A DNA stretch of 36,443 nucleotides from Candidatus Sysuimicrobiota bacterium (GCA_040289515.1 PSLI01000018.1:1-36443); one strand, 5' to 3'. Positions 1 to 10,283 are shown, counted from the stretch's first letter. Made by a program: numbers and translations. Notes: generated by a model not told the origin, from the letters alone.

Positions 1-603
1 GAGCCCCTCTCGAACCTGGACGCCAAGGTGCGGGCCCGTCTGCGCAGCGAGATCCGCAGGTTGCAGCAGGAGCTGCGCATCACCACCGTGTACGTCACCC
101 ACGACCAGGAGGAGGCCATGGTGCTCTCCGACCGGATCGCGGTGATGCGCGAAGGGCGCGTGGCGCAGGTGGGAACCCCCGCGGAGCTGTACGAACGGCC
201 GGCGGATCTGTTCGTGGCGGACTTCGTGGGAACCAACAACCTGCTGCCCGGCATCGTGGTAGACGTGCAGGACGGGTGGGCGGAGCTGCAGACCCCTGCG
301 GGGAGGGTGCGGGGTCGGGTGGTGAGGCCCATGGAGCGCGGGACACGGGCGGTGCTGGCGCTACGCCCGGAGACCCTCCGCATCGGCGACCCACACCAGC
401 TCCCGGATGGCCTCCGGGGAAGGGTGGTGCTGACCCAGTACCTGGGCTCGTGGATCCGGTACGAGGTGGAGATGGATGCCGGGCGGGTGCTGCTGGTGGA
501 TGTGCACCACCCCAGGGGGCACCGGATCTTAAGTCCGGGGCAGCCCGTGGCGCTGAGTTTCGATCCTGAGGCAGTCCTGGTGTTCCCGGAGGAGACCGGG
601 TGA
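1..603 (+). CDS. ABC transporter ATP-binding subunit (PotA/FbpC/AfuC-like, C-terminal TOBE domain), 5'-truncated by the window edge
   Basis: The frame is open from base 1. EPLSNLDAK follows Walker B as the D-loop, VYVTHDQEEA is the H-switch, and the ERPADLFVADFVG motif precedes a TOBE-like C-terminus. Confidence 0.93.
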   Translation, partial: EPLSNLDAKVRARLRSEIRRLQQELRITTVYVTHDQEEAMVLSDRIAVMREGRVAQVGTPAELYERPADLFVADFVGTNNLLPGIVVDVQDGWAELQTPAGRVRGRVVRPMERGTRAVLALRPETLRIGDPHQLPDGLRGRVVLTQYLGSWIRYEVEMDAGRVLLVDVHHPRGHRILSPGQPVALSFDPEAVLVFPEETG

Positions 604-2318
604 AGGCGGAAGCAGCCGCCCGCATACCGCAGATCAGGGTCCGCGTGCGGGGCCGGTGGCCGGGCTGGATGGGGGCGGTGCCCATCTACGGCTTCTTCCT
701 ACTATTCGTGGTTTACCCGCTGTTGCGCCTGCTGGCGGAGGCGGTAACGGACGAGGCGGGCCGCCTCACGGGGACCTACCTGGTCCAGTTCCTCCAGGAT
801 CCCTTCTACCGCAAGGCCCTAGTTAACTCCGTGTGGGTGGCGGGCGGCACGGTGCTGGGGTGCCTCGCCCTGGGGTTGCCCGCGGCCTTTTTGCTGGTGC
901 GGTACGACTTCCCGGGCCGTGATCTGTGGTCGTACCTGACCGTGCTGCCGGTGGTGATGCCGCCCCTGGTGGGGATCATGGGCCTGGTGTTCGTGTTGGG
1001 CCGCGCAGGCACGGTGAACGTGCTGCTCATGGACCTGTTCGGCCTGGTGCGGCCCGTGAACTTTCTGTACGGGTGGCACGGGGTGCTGCTGGCCATGGTG
1101 TTGCATTACTTCCCCCTGGTCACCCTGAACGTGGTGGACGGCCTCACGAAGGTGGACGCCTCCCTGGAGGAGGCCGCGGAGGCGCTGGGTTCCCGGGGCC
1201 TGCGCCGCGTGTGGGACATCACGCTGCCCCTGCTCCTGCCCGGCCTGGTCTCCGGTGCCACCCTGGTGTTCATCCTGTCCTTCGCGGACTTCGCCACCCC
1301 CCTGGTGGTGGGAATGCAGGACCTCCTCGCTGCGCAGGCCTACCTGAACATTGTGCAGTTCGTGGATCGGCGGCTGTTCCGCATGGGGCTGGTGGTGGGA
1401 GCTCTTATGTGCTTGATGGCCGTGGGTTTCCTCGTGGTGGCCCGGCGCGTGGTGGCCATGCGGGAGTACGCGGTGGTGTCCTACCGAGCGGTGGAACGCC
1501 AGCCCCTCCGGGTTCCGTGGCGGGTGGTGGTGCCCGCATGCTTCGCGGCGGTGCTGGGCCTGGCCTTCCTGCCCCACGTGGGCCTGCTGCTGGCGGCTTT
1601 CGGCAAGGCGTGGTCCCTGACGCCGTTCCCGACCCGTTTCACGTTGGAACACTTCGATCAGGTCCTCCACCTCACGCCCACCTACGTGGTCAACAGCCTG
1701 CGCTGGGCTGCGGTGGCCGTGGTGTTGATCCTTTTGCTGGGGGTAGCGACGGGCTGGATCCTGGCGCGGACGTCCTTGCCTGGGCGTGAGCTGCTGGACG
1801 CGGTGGTGACCCTCATCCTGGCCCTGCCCGGGACCGCGGTGGGGATCGCGTACCTACGGGCTTTCCACGCTCCTTTGCCGGGGTTTTCCTTGACCCGGTC
1901 GTGGTTCGTCATGCCCCTGGTTCTGGCGGTGCGGCGGCTGCCGTACACCGTGCGGGCCACCTTCGCGTCCCTGCTCACGGTGCACCGGGCCATGGAGGAG
2001 GCGGCGGCCAGCGTGGGCGCCTCCGGCTTCCGAATCTTCCGAGACATCTCCCTGCCCCTCATGTGGCGGGGCGTGGTGGCCGGCGCCTTGTTCTCCCTGC
2101 TGTTCGCCCTGCAGGAAGCCGCGGCTACCATCCTGCTGGTCCTGCCGGGATGGGAGACCATCACGGTGGGCATCTTCACCTTTTACACCTCGGGCACCTT
2201 TGGCCAGGCGGCGGCCCTGGGGGTCGTGCTGGTCAGCTTGTGCGCGGCCATCCTGTACGCCATCTACCGGCTCACCGGCGCTCGCCTGGGTGGGCTGTTC
2301 GGGACCGGGGGGGCGTGA
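600..2318 (+). CDS. ABC transporter permease, fused two-domain FbpB/AfuB/ThiP type
   Basis: 572-aa hydrophobic protein with two EAA loops (LEEAAEALG; MEEAAASVG). GTGA overlap with the upstream stop. Confidence 0.9.
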   Translation: MKAEAAARIPQIRVRVRGRWPGWMGAVPIYGFFLLFVVYPLLRLLAEAVTDEAGRLTGTYLVQFLQDPFYRKALVNSVWVAGGTVLGCLALGLPAAFLLVRYDFPGRDLWSYLTVLPVVMPPLVGIMGLVFVLGRAGTVNVLLMDLFGLVRPVNFLYGWHGVLLAMVLHYFPLVTLNVVDGLTKVDASLEEAAEALGSRGLRRVWDITLPLLLPGLVSGATLVFILSFADFATPLVVGMQDLLAAQAYLNIVQFVDRRLFRMGLVVGALMCLMAVGFLVVARRVVAMREYAVVSYRAVERQPLRVPWRVVVPACFAAVLGLAFLPHVGLLLAAFGKAWSLTPFPTRFTLEHFDQVLHLTPTYVVNSLRWAAVAVVLILLLGVATGWILARTSLPGRELLDAVVTLILALPGTAVGIAYLRAFHAPLPGFSLTRSWFVMPLVLAVRRLPYTVRATFASLLTVHRAMEEAAASVGASGFRIFRDISLPLMWRGVVAGALFSLLFALQEAAATILLVLPGWETITVGIFTFYTSGTFGQAAALGVVLVSLCAAILYAIYRLTGARLGGLFGTGGA

Positions 2319-3148
2319 GGACGCGCCGCGGACCTGCGCGTTTCTACCTGGGCTACGCGGTGGACCTGGACGGCACCGTGTACCTAGGCGACCGCCTGCT
2401 CCCGGGCGCGGACCGGGCCATCCGGGCGCTGCGGGAGGCCGGTGCGCGCGTAGTGTTCCTGTCCAACAACCCCCTGTACACGCGGCAGGACTACGCGGCC
2501 AAGCTCACGCGCCTGGGGATTCTTACCCACCCCCAGGAGGTGGTCAACTCGTCCATGGTCCTCGTCCGCCACCTGGCCAGCACCGCACCCGGGGCGCGGC
2601 TGTTCGTCATCGGGGAGGACTCCGTCAAGCGGGAGCTCCAGGCTGCCGGCTTCCACCTGGTGGAGCAGCCCGAGCAGGTGGACTATGTGGTGGCCTGCTT
2701 CGACCGCACCTTCGACTACCGAAAGCTGAAGATCGGGTTCCACGCCCTGCGGCGGAACGCGCGCTTCATCGCCACCAACCGGGACCCGTACTGCCCCACG
2801 CCGGACGGCGGCCTGCCGGACGCGGGCGCCATCGTGGCGGCCCTGGAGGCCAGCTCGGGCAGACCTCTGGAGGAACTGGTCGGCAAGCCCTCGCCCATCA
2901 TGGCCCGGGTGCTGCGGGAACACCTGGGGACGCCTCCGGAGGACACCCTGGTGGTGGGGGACCGGCTCGAGACGGACGTGGCCCTAGGTCGAGCCATGGG
3001 CGCCGCCACGGCCGTGGTCCTCACGGGTGCCACCACCCGGGAGATGGTGGAGCAAAGCCCGCAACCGCCGGATTTTGTGCTGGACAGCTTGGAAGATCTG
3101 CTCCCGGAGCCCACAGGCCTCGGGTGCGATCCACAAAAAGGGAGGTGA
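2315..3148 (+). CDS. HAD-IIA family phosphatase (NagD/AraL-like)
   Basis: Motif I DLDGT, FLSNN, IATNRD, GKPS and VGDRLETD. The GTG start overlaps the permease TGA (GTGA at 2315-2318). Confidence 0.92.
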   Translation: MRTRRGPARFYLGYAVDLDGTVYLGDRLLPGADRAIRALREAGARVVFLSNNPLYTRQDYAAKLTRLGILTHPQEVVNSSMVLVRHLASTAPGARLFVIGEDSVKRELQAAGFHLVEQPEQVDYVVACFDRTFDYRKLKIGFHALRRNARFIATNRDPYCPTPDGGLPDAGAIVAALEASSGRPLEELVGKPSPIMARVLREHLGTPPEDTLVVGDRLETDVALGRAMGAATAVVLTGATTREMVEQSPQPPDFVLDSLEDLLPEPTGLGCDPQKGR

Positions 3149-3154
3149 CCGCAG

Positions 3155-4492
3155 ATGAGGACGGTGGCAGTGTGGGTGGGCGCGCTGGCCCTGGCGGTGG
3201 CTTTGGGGGCCGCCGCGGGGAGAGCACAGGCGCCCCGGGTGCAGGTGGAATTCTGGCATGCCCTCCGGGGCCCTTTGGGGGAGACCCTGGAGAGCATCGT
3301 GACGGATTTCAACGCCAGCCAGACTCAGTACCGGGTGAATACTACCTTCAAGGGGTCCTATCCGGAGACCATGGTGGCGGCCATCGCAGCGTTCCGGGCA
3401 GGCAACGCCCCGCACGTGGTCCAGATGTTCGAGGTGGGCACCGCCACCATGATGGCGGCGCGGGGCGCGGTGAAGCCCGTGTACCAGCTCATGCAGGAGA
3501 CCCGGACAACCTTCGACACCAGCGTGTACCTGCCCGCGGTGCGCGGCTACTACAGCACCCCCGACGGCCGTATGGTGTCGATGCCCTTCAACAGCTCCAC
3601 CCCCGTGCTGTGGTACAACAAGGACGCCTTCCGCCGAGCTGGCCTGGACCCCAACCGACCTCCCCGCACGTGGTCGGAGCTGAGGCAGTTCGCGCAGCGG
3701 ATCCGGGCCACGAACGCGGCGCCCTGCGGGTGGTCCACCGCCTGGCCCACATGGGTGCACTTCGAGAATTTCGGGGCCATCCACGACGTGCCCTTCGCCA
3801 CCCGCGCGAACGGCTTTGAGGGGTCCGACGCGGAGCTGCTGGTCAACGCAGCCCTGTACGTGCGGCACCTGGAGAACATCGTGCAGATGCAGCGGGAGGG
3901 GCTGTTCAAGTACGGTGGCCGGGACGCAGCGGGGGACGCCCTCGGCCCCTCGGGCGAGTGCGCCATGCTCACCGCCTCCTCCGCGCTGTTCGCCCGCTAC
4001 CAGCGGGAGGCCCGGTTCGAGTGGGACGTGGGGTTCCTGCCCTACTACGAGGACGTGAAGGGGGTCCCCAAGAACTCCATCATCGGGGGCGCCTCCCTGT
4101 GGGTGATGACCTCCCCCCGTCGCACCCCGGAGGAGTACAAGGCGGTGGCGGAGTTCTTCCGCTACCTCAGCACGCCGGAGGTCTCCGCCAGATGGCACAT
4201 GGAGACGGGCTACATCCCCGTAACCTTCACGGCCATCCAGCGGGCCCGGGCCCTGGGCTACTACCAGCGGAACCCGTGGGCGGAGGTTCCCGTCCAGCAG
4301 CTCACCCGCACCCGCCCCACTGCCAACTCGAAGGGGATCCGGCTGGGCAACATGCCGGAGATCCGCACCATCCTGTACGAGGAGGTGGAACGCGTCTTGC
4401 AGGGCCAGCAGTCCCCCAAGGCGGCCCTGGACAACGCCGTGCGGCGGGGCAACGAGGTCCTGCGGCAGTTCCAGCGCACCGCGGGACGGTGA
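3155..4492 (+). CDS. ugpB: sn-glycerol-3-phosphate ABC transporter substrate-binding protein
   Basis: Sec signal peptide. UgpB-like motifs FWHAL, KGSYPET, AIAAFRAGNAPHVVQMFEVGTATMM, MPFNSSTPVLWYNKD and IIGGASLWV. SD GGAGGTG. Confidence 0.93.
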   Translation: MRTVAVWVGALALAVALGAAAGRAQAPRVQVEFWHALRGPLGETLESIVTDFNASQTQYRVNTTFKGSYPETMVAAIAAFRAGNAPHVVQMFEVGTATMMAARGAVKPVYQLMQETRTTFDTSVYLPAVRGYYSTPDGRMVSMPFNSSTPVLWYNKDAFRRAGLDPNRPPRTWSELRQFAQRIRATNAAPCGWSTAWPTWVHFENFGAIHDVPFATRANGFEGSDAELLVNAALYVRHLENIVQMQREGLFKYGGRDAAGDALGPSGECAMLTASSALFARYQREARFEWDVGFLPYYEDVKGVPKNSIIGGASLWVMTSPRRTPEEYKAVAEFFRYLSTPEVSARWHMETGYIPVTFTAIQRARALGYYQRNPWAEVPVQQLTRTRPTANSKGIRLGNMPEIRTILYEEVERVLQGQQSPKAALDNAVRRGNEVLRQFQRTAGR

Positions 4493-5268
4493 GGGCAGCG
4501 GACCTGCGGCCCCGCGTGTGCGCCCACCGGGGCGGCGCGGGGTCGGCCCCGGAGAACACCCTGGCGGCCTGCCGCCGGGCTCTGGAGGCGGGCGTGGAGT
4601 GGGTAGAGGTGGACGTACGGTTCACCGCCGACCGCGTGCCCGTGCTGCTGCACGACGACACGGTGGACCGCACCACCGACGGGAGAGGTCGGATCCGGCA
4701 GCTGCGGTGGCGGGAGCTGCGCCAGCTGGACGCGGGCAGCTGGTTCTCTCCCGCGTTCCGCGGAGAGCGCGTCCCGTCCCTGGAGGAGCTACTGCAGCTG
4801 CTCAGCCGGTTCCCGCATGCGGGGGCGTACGTGGAGATCAAAGAGGAAGGGGAGGAGGGAGAGCACCTGGCAGAGGCGGTCGTGGAGCTGGCAAGCGAAG
4901 GCGGGCTGCTGCAGCGTCTGCGGGTGGCCTCTTTTTTCGAGGCACCCCTGCAGCGCGTGCACCAGCTGCGGCCGCAGGCGGTGCCGGTGGCCCTGCAGGA
5001 TCCCCTGGAGTTCCGCGACCCCGTGCGGTTCGTTCGCGAGCGGGGGACCGGGGTGTGGGGACCTCACCATGCTGCGGTCAACCGGGAACGTTTGCAGGTG
5101 CTGCACAGGGCAGGGGTGGGCGTGTACGCATGGACGGTGAACGACCCTCCTCGGGCGGTACAGCTGTGGCGATGGGGGTTGGGTCAACACCCCGAGGACG
5201 CGGTGGCCACGGACTTTCCCGAGCCGGTGCGAGCGGCCCTGGACAGCTCCCGGGAGGGAGGAGGGTAG
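4489..5268 (+). CDS. ugpQ: Cytoplasmic glycerophosphodiester phosphodiesterase
   Basis: GDPD motifs AHRGG..APENT, VEVDV, LLHDDTVDRTT, YVEIK and AWTVND. No signal peptide. GTGA overlap with the ugpB stop. Confidence 0.9.
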   Translation: MRAADLRPRVCAHRGGAGSAPENTLAACRRALEAGVEWVEVDVRFTADRVPVLLHDDTVDRTTDGRGRIRQLRWRELRQLDAGSWFSPAFRGERVPSLEELLQLLSRFPHAGAYVEIKEEGEEGEHLAEAVVELASEGGLLQRLRVASFFEAPLQRVHQLRPQAVPVALQDPLEFRDPVRFVRERGTGVWGPHHAAVNRERLQVLHRAGVGVYAWTVNDPPRAVQLWRWGLGQHPEDAVATDFPEPVRAALDSSREGGG

Positions 5269-6149
5269 TGCGGCGGTCGTACTTCCGAGCCCCCCTGCTG
5301 CCGTACCTCCTGGTGGCACCGCAGCTGGTCTTCACCCTGGTGTTCTTCTACTGGCCCGCGGTGCAGGGGGTCTACCAGTCCCTGTTGCTTCAGGATCCGT
5401 TCGGCCTGCGCACGTCCTTCGCGGGGCTCGCCAACTTCGCGGCGGTGCTCGGGGACTCCCACTACCTCAACGCGGTGCGGGTGACGGCGGTGTTCTCCGT
5501 CGCGGTGGTGGCGGGGGCGATGCTGCTGGGTCTTGTGCTGGCCGCCGCCGCGGCCCAGCCCCTGCGGGGCGTAGCTGTGTACCGCACGCTGCTGGTGTGG
5601 CCGTACGCGGTGGCGCCCGCGGTGGCTGCGGCCCTGTGGCTGTTTCTAGCCCACCCCAGCGTGGGGATCGTGGGGCGCGCCCTGGTTCGGTGGGGAACGG
5701 GGTGGGACTACACCCTGCACGGGGGGCACGCCCTTGTCCTGGTGGTGGTGGCCTCCGTGTGGTCGCGGGTGGCGTACAACTTCGTGTTCTTCCTCGCGGG
5801 ACTGCAGTCCATTCCCGGCTCCCTCCTGGAGGCAGCCCAGGTGGACGGGGCTACGTGGTTCCAGACCTTCCGGCGGGTTGTGCTGCCCCTGCTGGCGCCC
5901 ACCACCTTTTTCCTGCTGGTGGTGAACGCCCTGTACAGCTTGTTCGACACCTTCGCGGTGGTACACGCCCTCACCAAGGGAGGGCCGGGGAAGGCCACGG
6001 AGACCCTCATCTACAAGGTGTACGTGGACGGGGTGGTGAACCTGAACCTGGGCTCTTCCAGCGCGCAGTCCGTGCTGCTCCTGATGGTGGCGGTGGTCCT
6101 CACCACCTTGCAGTTTCGGTTCCTGGAGCGGCGGGTGCACTACGGATGA
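5268..6149 (+). CDS. ugpA: Glycerol-3-phosphate ABC transporter permease
   Basis: LPYLLVAPQL, QDPFGL, YNFVFFLAGLQSIP, EAA loop and the C-terminal ERRVHYG typical of UgpA. SD GGAGG. Confidence 0.92.
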   Translation: MRRSYFRAPLLPYLLVAPQLVFTLVFFYWPAVQGVYQSLLLQDPFGLRTSFAGLANFAAVLGDSHYLNAVRVTAVFSVAVVAGAMLLGLVLAAAAAQPLRGVAVYRTLLVWPYAVAPAVAAALWLFLAHPSVGIVGRALVRWGTGWDYTLHGGHALVLVVVASVWSRVAYNFVFFLAGLQSIPGSLLEAAQVDGATWFQTFRRVVLPLLAPTTFFLLVVNALYSLFDTFAVVHALTKGGPGKATETLIYKVYVDGVVNLNLGSSSAQSVLLLMVAVVLTTLQFRFLERRVHYG

Positions 6150-7072
6150 GGTCCAGCCGGAACCCTTCCCACACCGGAGGCACCCTGGTAGCACCCGCAG
6201 CCTGGGCCGGGGTACGGTGGCCCCACCTACGCCGCCGGGTGCGCTTTCTGCCGGCCCACCTGGCGCTCCTGGCGGGGGTGATGCTGTTCGCCTTCCCCGT
6301 GTATGTGGCCTTCGTGGCGTCCACCGCGGAACTGCCCGAGGTGACCTCCGGCACCCTGCGGCTGGTTCCTGGAGTGCACGGCGCCGAGAACTACTGGAAG
6401 GCCTTCGTCCTGGGCACGGGGGAGCGCATCCGCGGCACCCCCATGGCCCGGGCCATGCTGAATAGTCTGGGGGTGGCCCTGGGGGTGGCCCTGGGGAAGA
6501 TCGTCCTGTCCGTGCTGTCCGCCTACGGGATCGTGTTCTTCGACTTCCGGTGGCGCGCTCCCGCTTTCTGGCTCATCTTCCTGACCCTCATGCTGCCCGT
6601 GGAGGTGCGCATCATTCCCACCTACAAGGTGGCGTCGGACCTGCACCTGGTGGACACCTACGCGGGGCTCATCCTGCCCCTCACGGTGTCCGCCACGGGA
6701 ACGTTGCTGTTCCGGCAATTCTTCCTCACGGTCCCCGACGAGCTGGTGGACGCCGCGAAGATGGACGGGGCAGGGCCCTTGCGCTTCCTGTGGAGCGTGC
6801 TGCTCCCCGTCTCCCGCACCACGGTGGCGGCGCTGTTCGTGGTGCTGTTCATCTACGGCTGGAACCAGTACCTTTGGCCGCTGCTGGTGACCACCTCCGC
6901 GGACAAGGAAGTGGTGGTGGTGGCCATCACCAAGATGATCGGCACGGGGGAAGCCCTGGTGGACTGGCCCGTGATCATGGCCAGCGCCCTGTTGGCCCTC
7001 CTGCCGCCGACCCTGGTCATCGTGACCCTGCAGCGGTGGTTCGTCCGCGGGCTCACGGAGACGGAGAAGTAG
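6146..7072 (+). CDS. ugpE: Glycerol-3-phosphate ABC transporter permease
   Basis: LMLPVEVRIIPTY, LFRQFFLTVPDEL, FIYGWNQYLWP and the C-terminal FVRGLTETEK. ATGA overlap with ugpA; the exact start is uncertain. Confidence 0.92.
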   Translation: MRSSRNPSHTGGTLVAPAAWAGVRWPHLRRRVRFLPAHLALLAGVMLFAFPVYVAFVASTAELPEVTSGTLRLVPGVHGAENYWKAFVLGTGERIRGTPMARAMLNSLGVALGVALGKIVLSVLSAYGIVFFDFRWRAPAFWLIFLTLMLPVEVRIIPTYKVASDLHLVDTYAGLILPLTVSATGTLLFRQFFLTVPDELVDAAKMDGAGPLRFLWSVLLPVSRTTVAALFVVLFIYGWNQYLWPLLVTTSADKEVVVVAITKMIGTGEALVDWPVIMASALLALLPPTLVIVTLQRWFVRGLTETEK

Positions 7073-8572
7073 ATGCGGTACGTGGGGGCCATCGACCAGG
7101 GGACCACCAGCACGCGCTTTCTGGTGTTTGACGAAACCGGACGCGTGGTGGCCACGGCTCAGGAGGAGCACCGGCAGATCACCCCGCGGCCGGGCTGGGT
7201 GGAGCACGACCCCATGGAGATCTGGGAGCGGACGCGCCAGGTGATCCGGCAGGCCTGCCAGCAGGCGAACCTGCGCCCTGAGGACCTGGCCGCGGTGGGG
7301 GTCACCAACCAGCGGGAGACCACCGTGGTGTGGGAGCGGGCCACGGGTCGGCCGGTCACGCACGCGGTGGTGTGGCAGGACACCCGCACGGAGGGCCTGT
7401 GCCGGGCTTTGAGCCGGCAGGGCGCGGCGGACCGGTTCCGGCAGCGCACGGGGCTTCCCGTGGCCACGTACTTCTCTGGCCCCAAGCTTCGGTGGATCCT
7501 GGACCACGTGCCCGGTACCCGCCAGCTTGCGGAGGCGGGCGAGCTCCTGTTCGGCACGGTGGACACGTGGCTGGTGTGGTGGCTCACGGGAGGGCCCCGC
7601 GGCGGACGTCACCTCACGGATGTCACCAACGCCAGCCGTACCCTGCTCATGAACCTCCGGACCCTGGACTGGGACGAGGAGCTGCTGAGGGGGCTGGACA
7701 TCCCCCGCACGCTGCTGCCCGAGATCCGCTCCAGCAGCGAGGTGTACGGGGAGGCGGTGGTGGAGGAGCTGACGGGGGTGCCGGTGGCCGCGGACCTGGG
7801 GGACCAGCAGGCGGCCCTGTTCGGGCAGACCGCCTTCCGGCCCGGGCAGGCTAAGAATACGTACGGGACCGGGTGCTTTTTGCTCCTCAACACCGGCCGC
7901 GAACCGGTGACCTCGCGTCACGGCCTGCTCACCACGATGGCCTACCGCCTGGGCACGCACCCGCCCGTGTACGCCTTGGAGGGGTCCGTGGCCGTCGCGG
8001 GCGCCGCGGTGCAGTGGCTGCGGGACAACCTGGGCTTGCTGCGCACCTCCGCGGAGGTGGAGCAGCTCGCCCGCACCGTGGAGGACAACGGCGGGGTGTA
8101 CTTCGTGCCGGCCTTCTCGGGACTGTTCGCGCCGTACTGGAACAGCGGGGCCCGGGGCGTGATCCTGGGCCTCACCCGCTACGCACACCGGGGACACATC
8201 GCCCGGGCGGTGCTGGAGGCCACCGCGTACCAGACCCGGGACGTCCTGGAGGCCATGGTGCGCGACTGCGGGATCCGGCCACCGGCCCTGCGGGTGGACG
8301 GGGGTATGGTACGCAACGAGCTGTTGATGCAGTTTCAGGCGGACGTGCTCGGTATCCCGGTGGTACGCGCTGCGGTGCAGGAGACCACCGCCCTCGGGGC
8401 CGCGTACGCTGCGGGTCTGGCGGTGGGGGTGTGGAAGGATCTTGAGGAGCTGCGGTCTTTGTGGGAGGCGGACCGCACCTGGCAGCCCTCCATGGAACAC
8501 GAGCGCCGGGAGGCCCTGTACCGCACCTGGTTGCGCGCAGTGGAGCGGGCCGTGGACTGGCTGGAGGAGTAG
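7073..8572 (+). CDS. glpK: Glycerol kinase
   Basis: [56 protein letters not shown] and ETTALGAA. Confidence 0.97.
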   Translation: MRYVGAIDQGTTSTRFLVFDETGRVVATAQEEHRQITPRPGWVEHDPMEIWERTRQVIRQACQQANLRPEDLAAVGVTNQRETTVVWERATGRPVTHAVVWQDTRTEGLCRALSRQGAADRFRQRTGLPVATYFSGPKLRWILDHVPGTRQLAEAGELLFGTVDTWLVWWLTGGPRGGRHLTDVTNASRTLLMNLRTLDWDEELLRGLDIPRTLLPEIRSSSEVYGEAVVEELTGVPVAADLGDQQAALFGQTAFRPGQAKNTYGTGCFLLLNTGREPVTSRHGLLTTMAYRLGTHPPVYALEGSVAVAGAAVQWLRDNLGLLRTSAEVEQLARTVEDNGGVYFVPAFSGLFAPYWNSGARGVILGLTRYAHRGHIARAVLEATAYQTRDVLEAMVRDCGIRPPALRVDGGMVRNELLMQFQADVLGIPVVRAAVQETTALGAAYAAGLAVGVWKDLEELRSLWEADRTWQPSMEHERREALYRTWLRAVERAVDWLEE

Positions 8573-8573
8573 G

Positions 8574-10250
8574 GTGGGTTTCTGGTCACGGGAGGAGTCC
8601 CTCGAAGCCCTGCAGCGTGGGGTGGACGTGCTGGTGGTGGGAGGCGGGATCACGGGAGCAGGCGTGGCCCTGGACGCAGCCAGCCGTGGGTACCGGGTGG
8701 GGTTGGTGGAACGCCGGGACTTCGCTTCCGGTACGAGCAGCAGGTCCACCCGTCTGGTGCACGGGGGGATCCGGTACCTCCCCCAGGGGCATGTGGGGCT
8801 GGTGCGTGAGGCGTTGCGCGAACGTCAGCTTCTGTTCCGGCTCGCACCTCATCTGGTGCAGCCGCTGGACTTCGTGATCCCGCTCTACCGCAGCACGAGC
8901 AGGCCCCTGGGGATGCGGGTACCCCGGTGGCTGGCCGCCGTGGTGCCCGTGGGCGTGCGGGCCGGGCTTCTGGCGTACCACCTGTTCAGCCGGGACCCAC
9001 GTCTGCGGCATCAGGTGCTTTCCGTGGCGGAGGTGCAGCAGCGGGTGCCGGACCTGCGGACGGAGGGCTTGCGGGCTGCGTTCCTGTACTGGGACGGGCG
9101 CACGGACGATGTGCGGCTCACGCACACGGTTTTGAGTACCGCCCGGGCCCACGGGGCGTACACGGTGAACTACGCGGAAGTGGTGGGCTTCGTCCGATGG
9201 GGAAGCCGGATCCGCGCTGCGGGAGTTGTAGACCACCTCACCGGCCGCTCGATGGAGGTGCCCGTGCGGTGGGTGGTAAACGCCACGGGGATCTGGGCGG
9301 AGCAGGTGGCGGGCCTGGCCGGGGAGATCCCCGTGCGGATCCGGCACAGCAGGGGAGTGCACCTGGTGCTGCGCCCGGAGGCGGTGCGGGCCCGCTCGGC
9401 TCTGGTGATCCCCGAGACGGACGACGGGCGGCTGGCGTTTTTGGTACCCTGGGCGGGGAGGCTGGTTCTGGGCACCACGGACGAGCCTTACGAGGCGGAC
9501 CTGGACCAGCCCCCTGTGACCTCCCAAGACGCCGCGTATCTACTGGACCACGCCAACCGTTACTTGCGCGTACCCCTGCGGGTCGAGGACGTAACCGCGG
9601 TCTACGCGGGCATCCGGCCGCTAGTGAGCCGCCCGGCAGGCAGTAGCGCCGCGCTGAGCCGGGACCACGTGGTGGTGGCTTCTCGGAGCGGCCTGGTGAC
9701 GGTAACCGGCGGGAAACTCACCACGTACCGCCGCATGGCGCAGGACACGCTGGACGCGTTGGGGGAGCTGGAGGGGACCCGTCGGCCCTGCAGGACAAGA
9801 TCCCTGCCCCTTGTGGGGGCGGAGGGGCTGCAGGAGGCGGTCCGCGTGCTGGAGGCAAGCTCGCTGGAACCGGACCAGCGCCAGCACCTCCTGTCCGCAT
9901 ACGGGGGGCTCGCCATGGAGGTGCTCCGCCTGGTGCAGGAGGAACCGGCCCTGGGGGAACGCCTGGTTGCCGAACTGCCGCACGTGGCCGCGGAGGTAGT
10001 GTACGCCTGCCGACGGGAGTACCTGGTCACCCTTGCGGACTGCTTGTACCTGCGGGCCCGCCTGGCCGTGCTGGACTCCGCAGCCGCGGACCGGGCTGCA
10101 GCCCGGGCGGCTCGTTGGATGGCCAGGGAGCTCGGCTGGTCACGGGAGGAGGTGGACCGTCAGCTGGCCCACTACGCACGCGTGCGCTCCTGCGAGGAGC
10201 GCTGGCGTGCCGGCGAGGCCCGGTCGGAGGTAGCGCGCACGGCACCGTAG
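8574..10250 (+). CDS. glpD: FAD-dependent glycerol-3-phosphate dehydrogenase/oxidase
   Basis: GGGITGAG Rossmann motif, DFASGTSSRST, HGGIRYL, GTTD and GGKLTTYR. SD GGAGGAG precedes GTG 8574. Confidence 0.95.
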   Translation: MGFWSREESLEALQRGVDVLVVGGGITGAGVALDAASRGYRVGLVERRDFASGTSSRSTRLVHGGIRYLPQGHVGLVREALRERQLLFRLAPHLVQPLDFVIPLYRSTSRPLGMRVPRWLAAVVPVGVRAGLLAYHLFSRDPRLRHQVLSVAEVQQRVPDLRTEGLRAAFLYWDGRTDDVRLTHTVLSTARAHGAYTVNYAEVVGFVRWGSRIRAAGVVDHLTGRSMEVPVRWVVNATGIWAEQVAGLAGEIPVRIRHSRGVHLVLRPEAVRARSALVIPETDDGRLAFLVPWAGRLVLGTTDEPYEADLDQPPVTSQDAAYLLDHANRYLRVPLRVEDVTAVYAGIRPLVSRPAGSSAALSRDHVVVASRSGLVTVTGGKLTTYRRMAQDTLDALGELEGTRRPCRTRSLPLVGAEGLQEAVRVLEASSLEPDQRQHLLSAYGGLAMEVLRLVQEEPALGERLVAELPHVAAEVVYACRREYLVTLADCLYLRARLAVLDSAAADRAAARAARWMARELGWSREEVDRQLAHYARVRSCEERWRAGEARSEVARTAP

Positions 10251-10260
10251 GGAGGTCAGG

Positions 10261-10283
10261 CTCGCGGCCCGCAGCGCCGCGAG
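10261..10283 (+). terminator. GC hairpin just after glpD (possible terminator or pause; no U-tract)
   Basis: Perfect 8-bp stem CTCGCGGC/GCCGCGAG with a 7-nt loop, 10 nt after the glpD stop. Confidence 0.3.
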
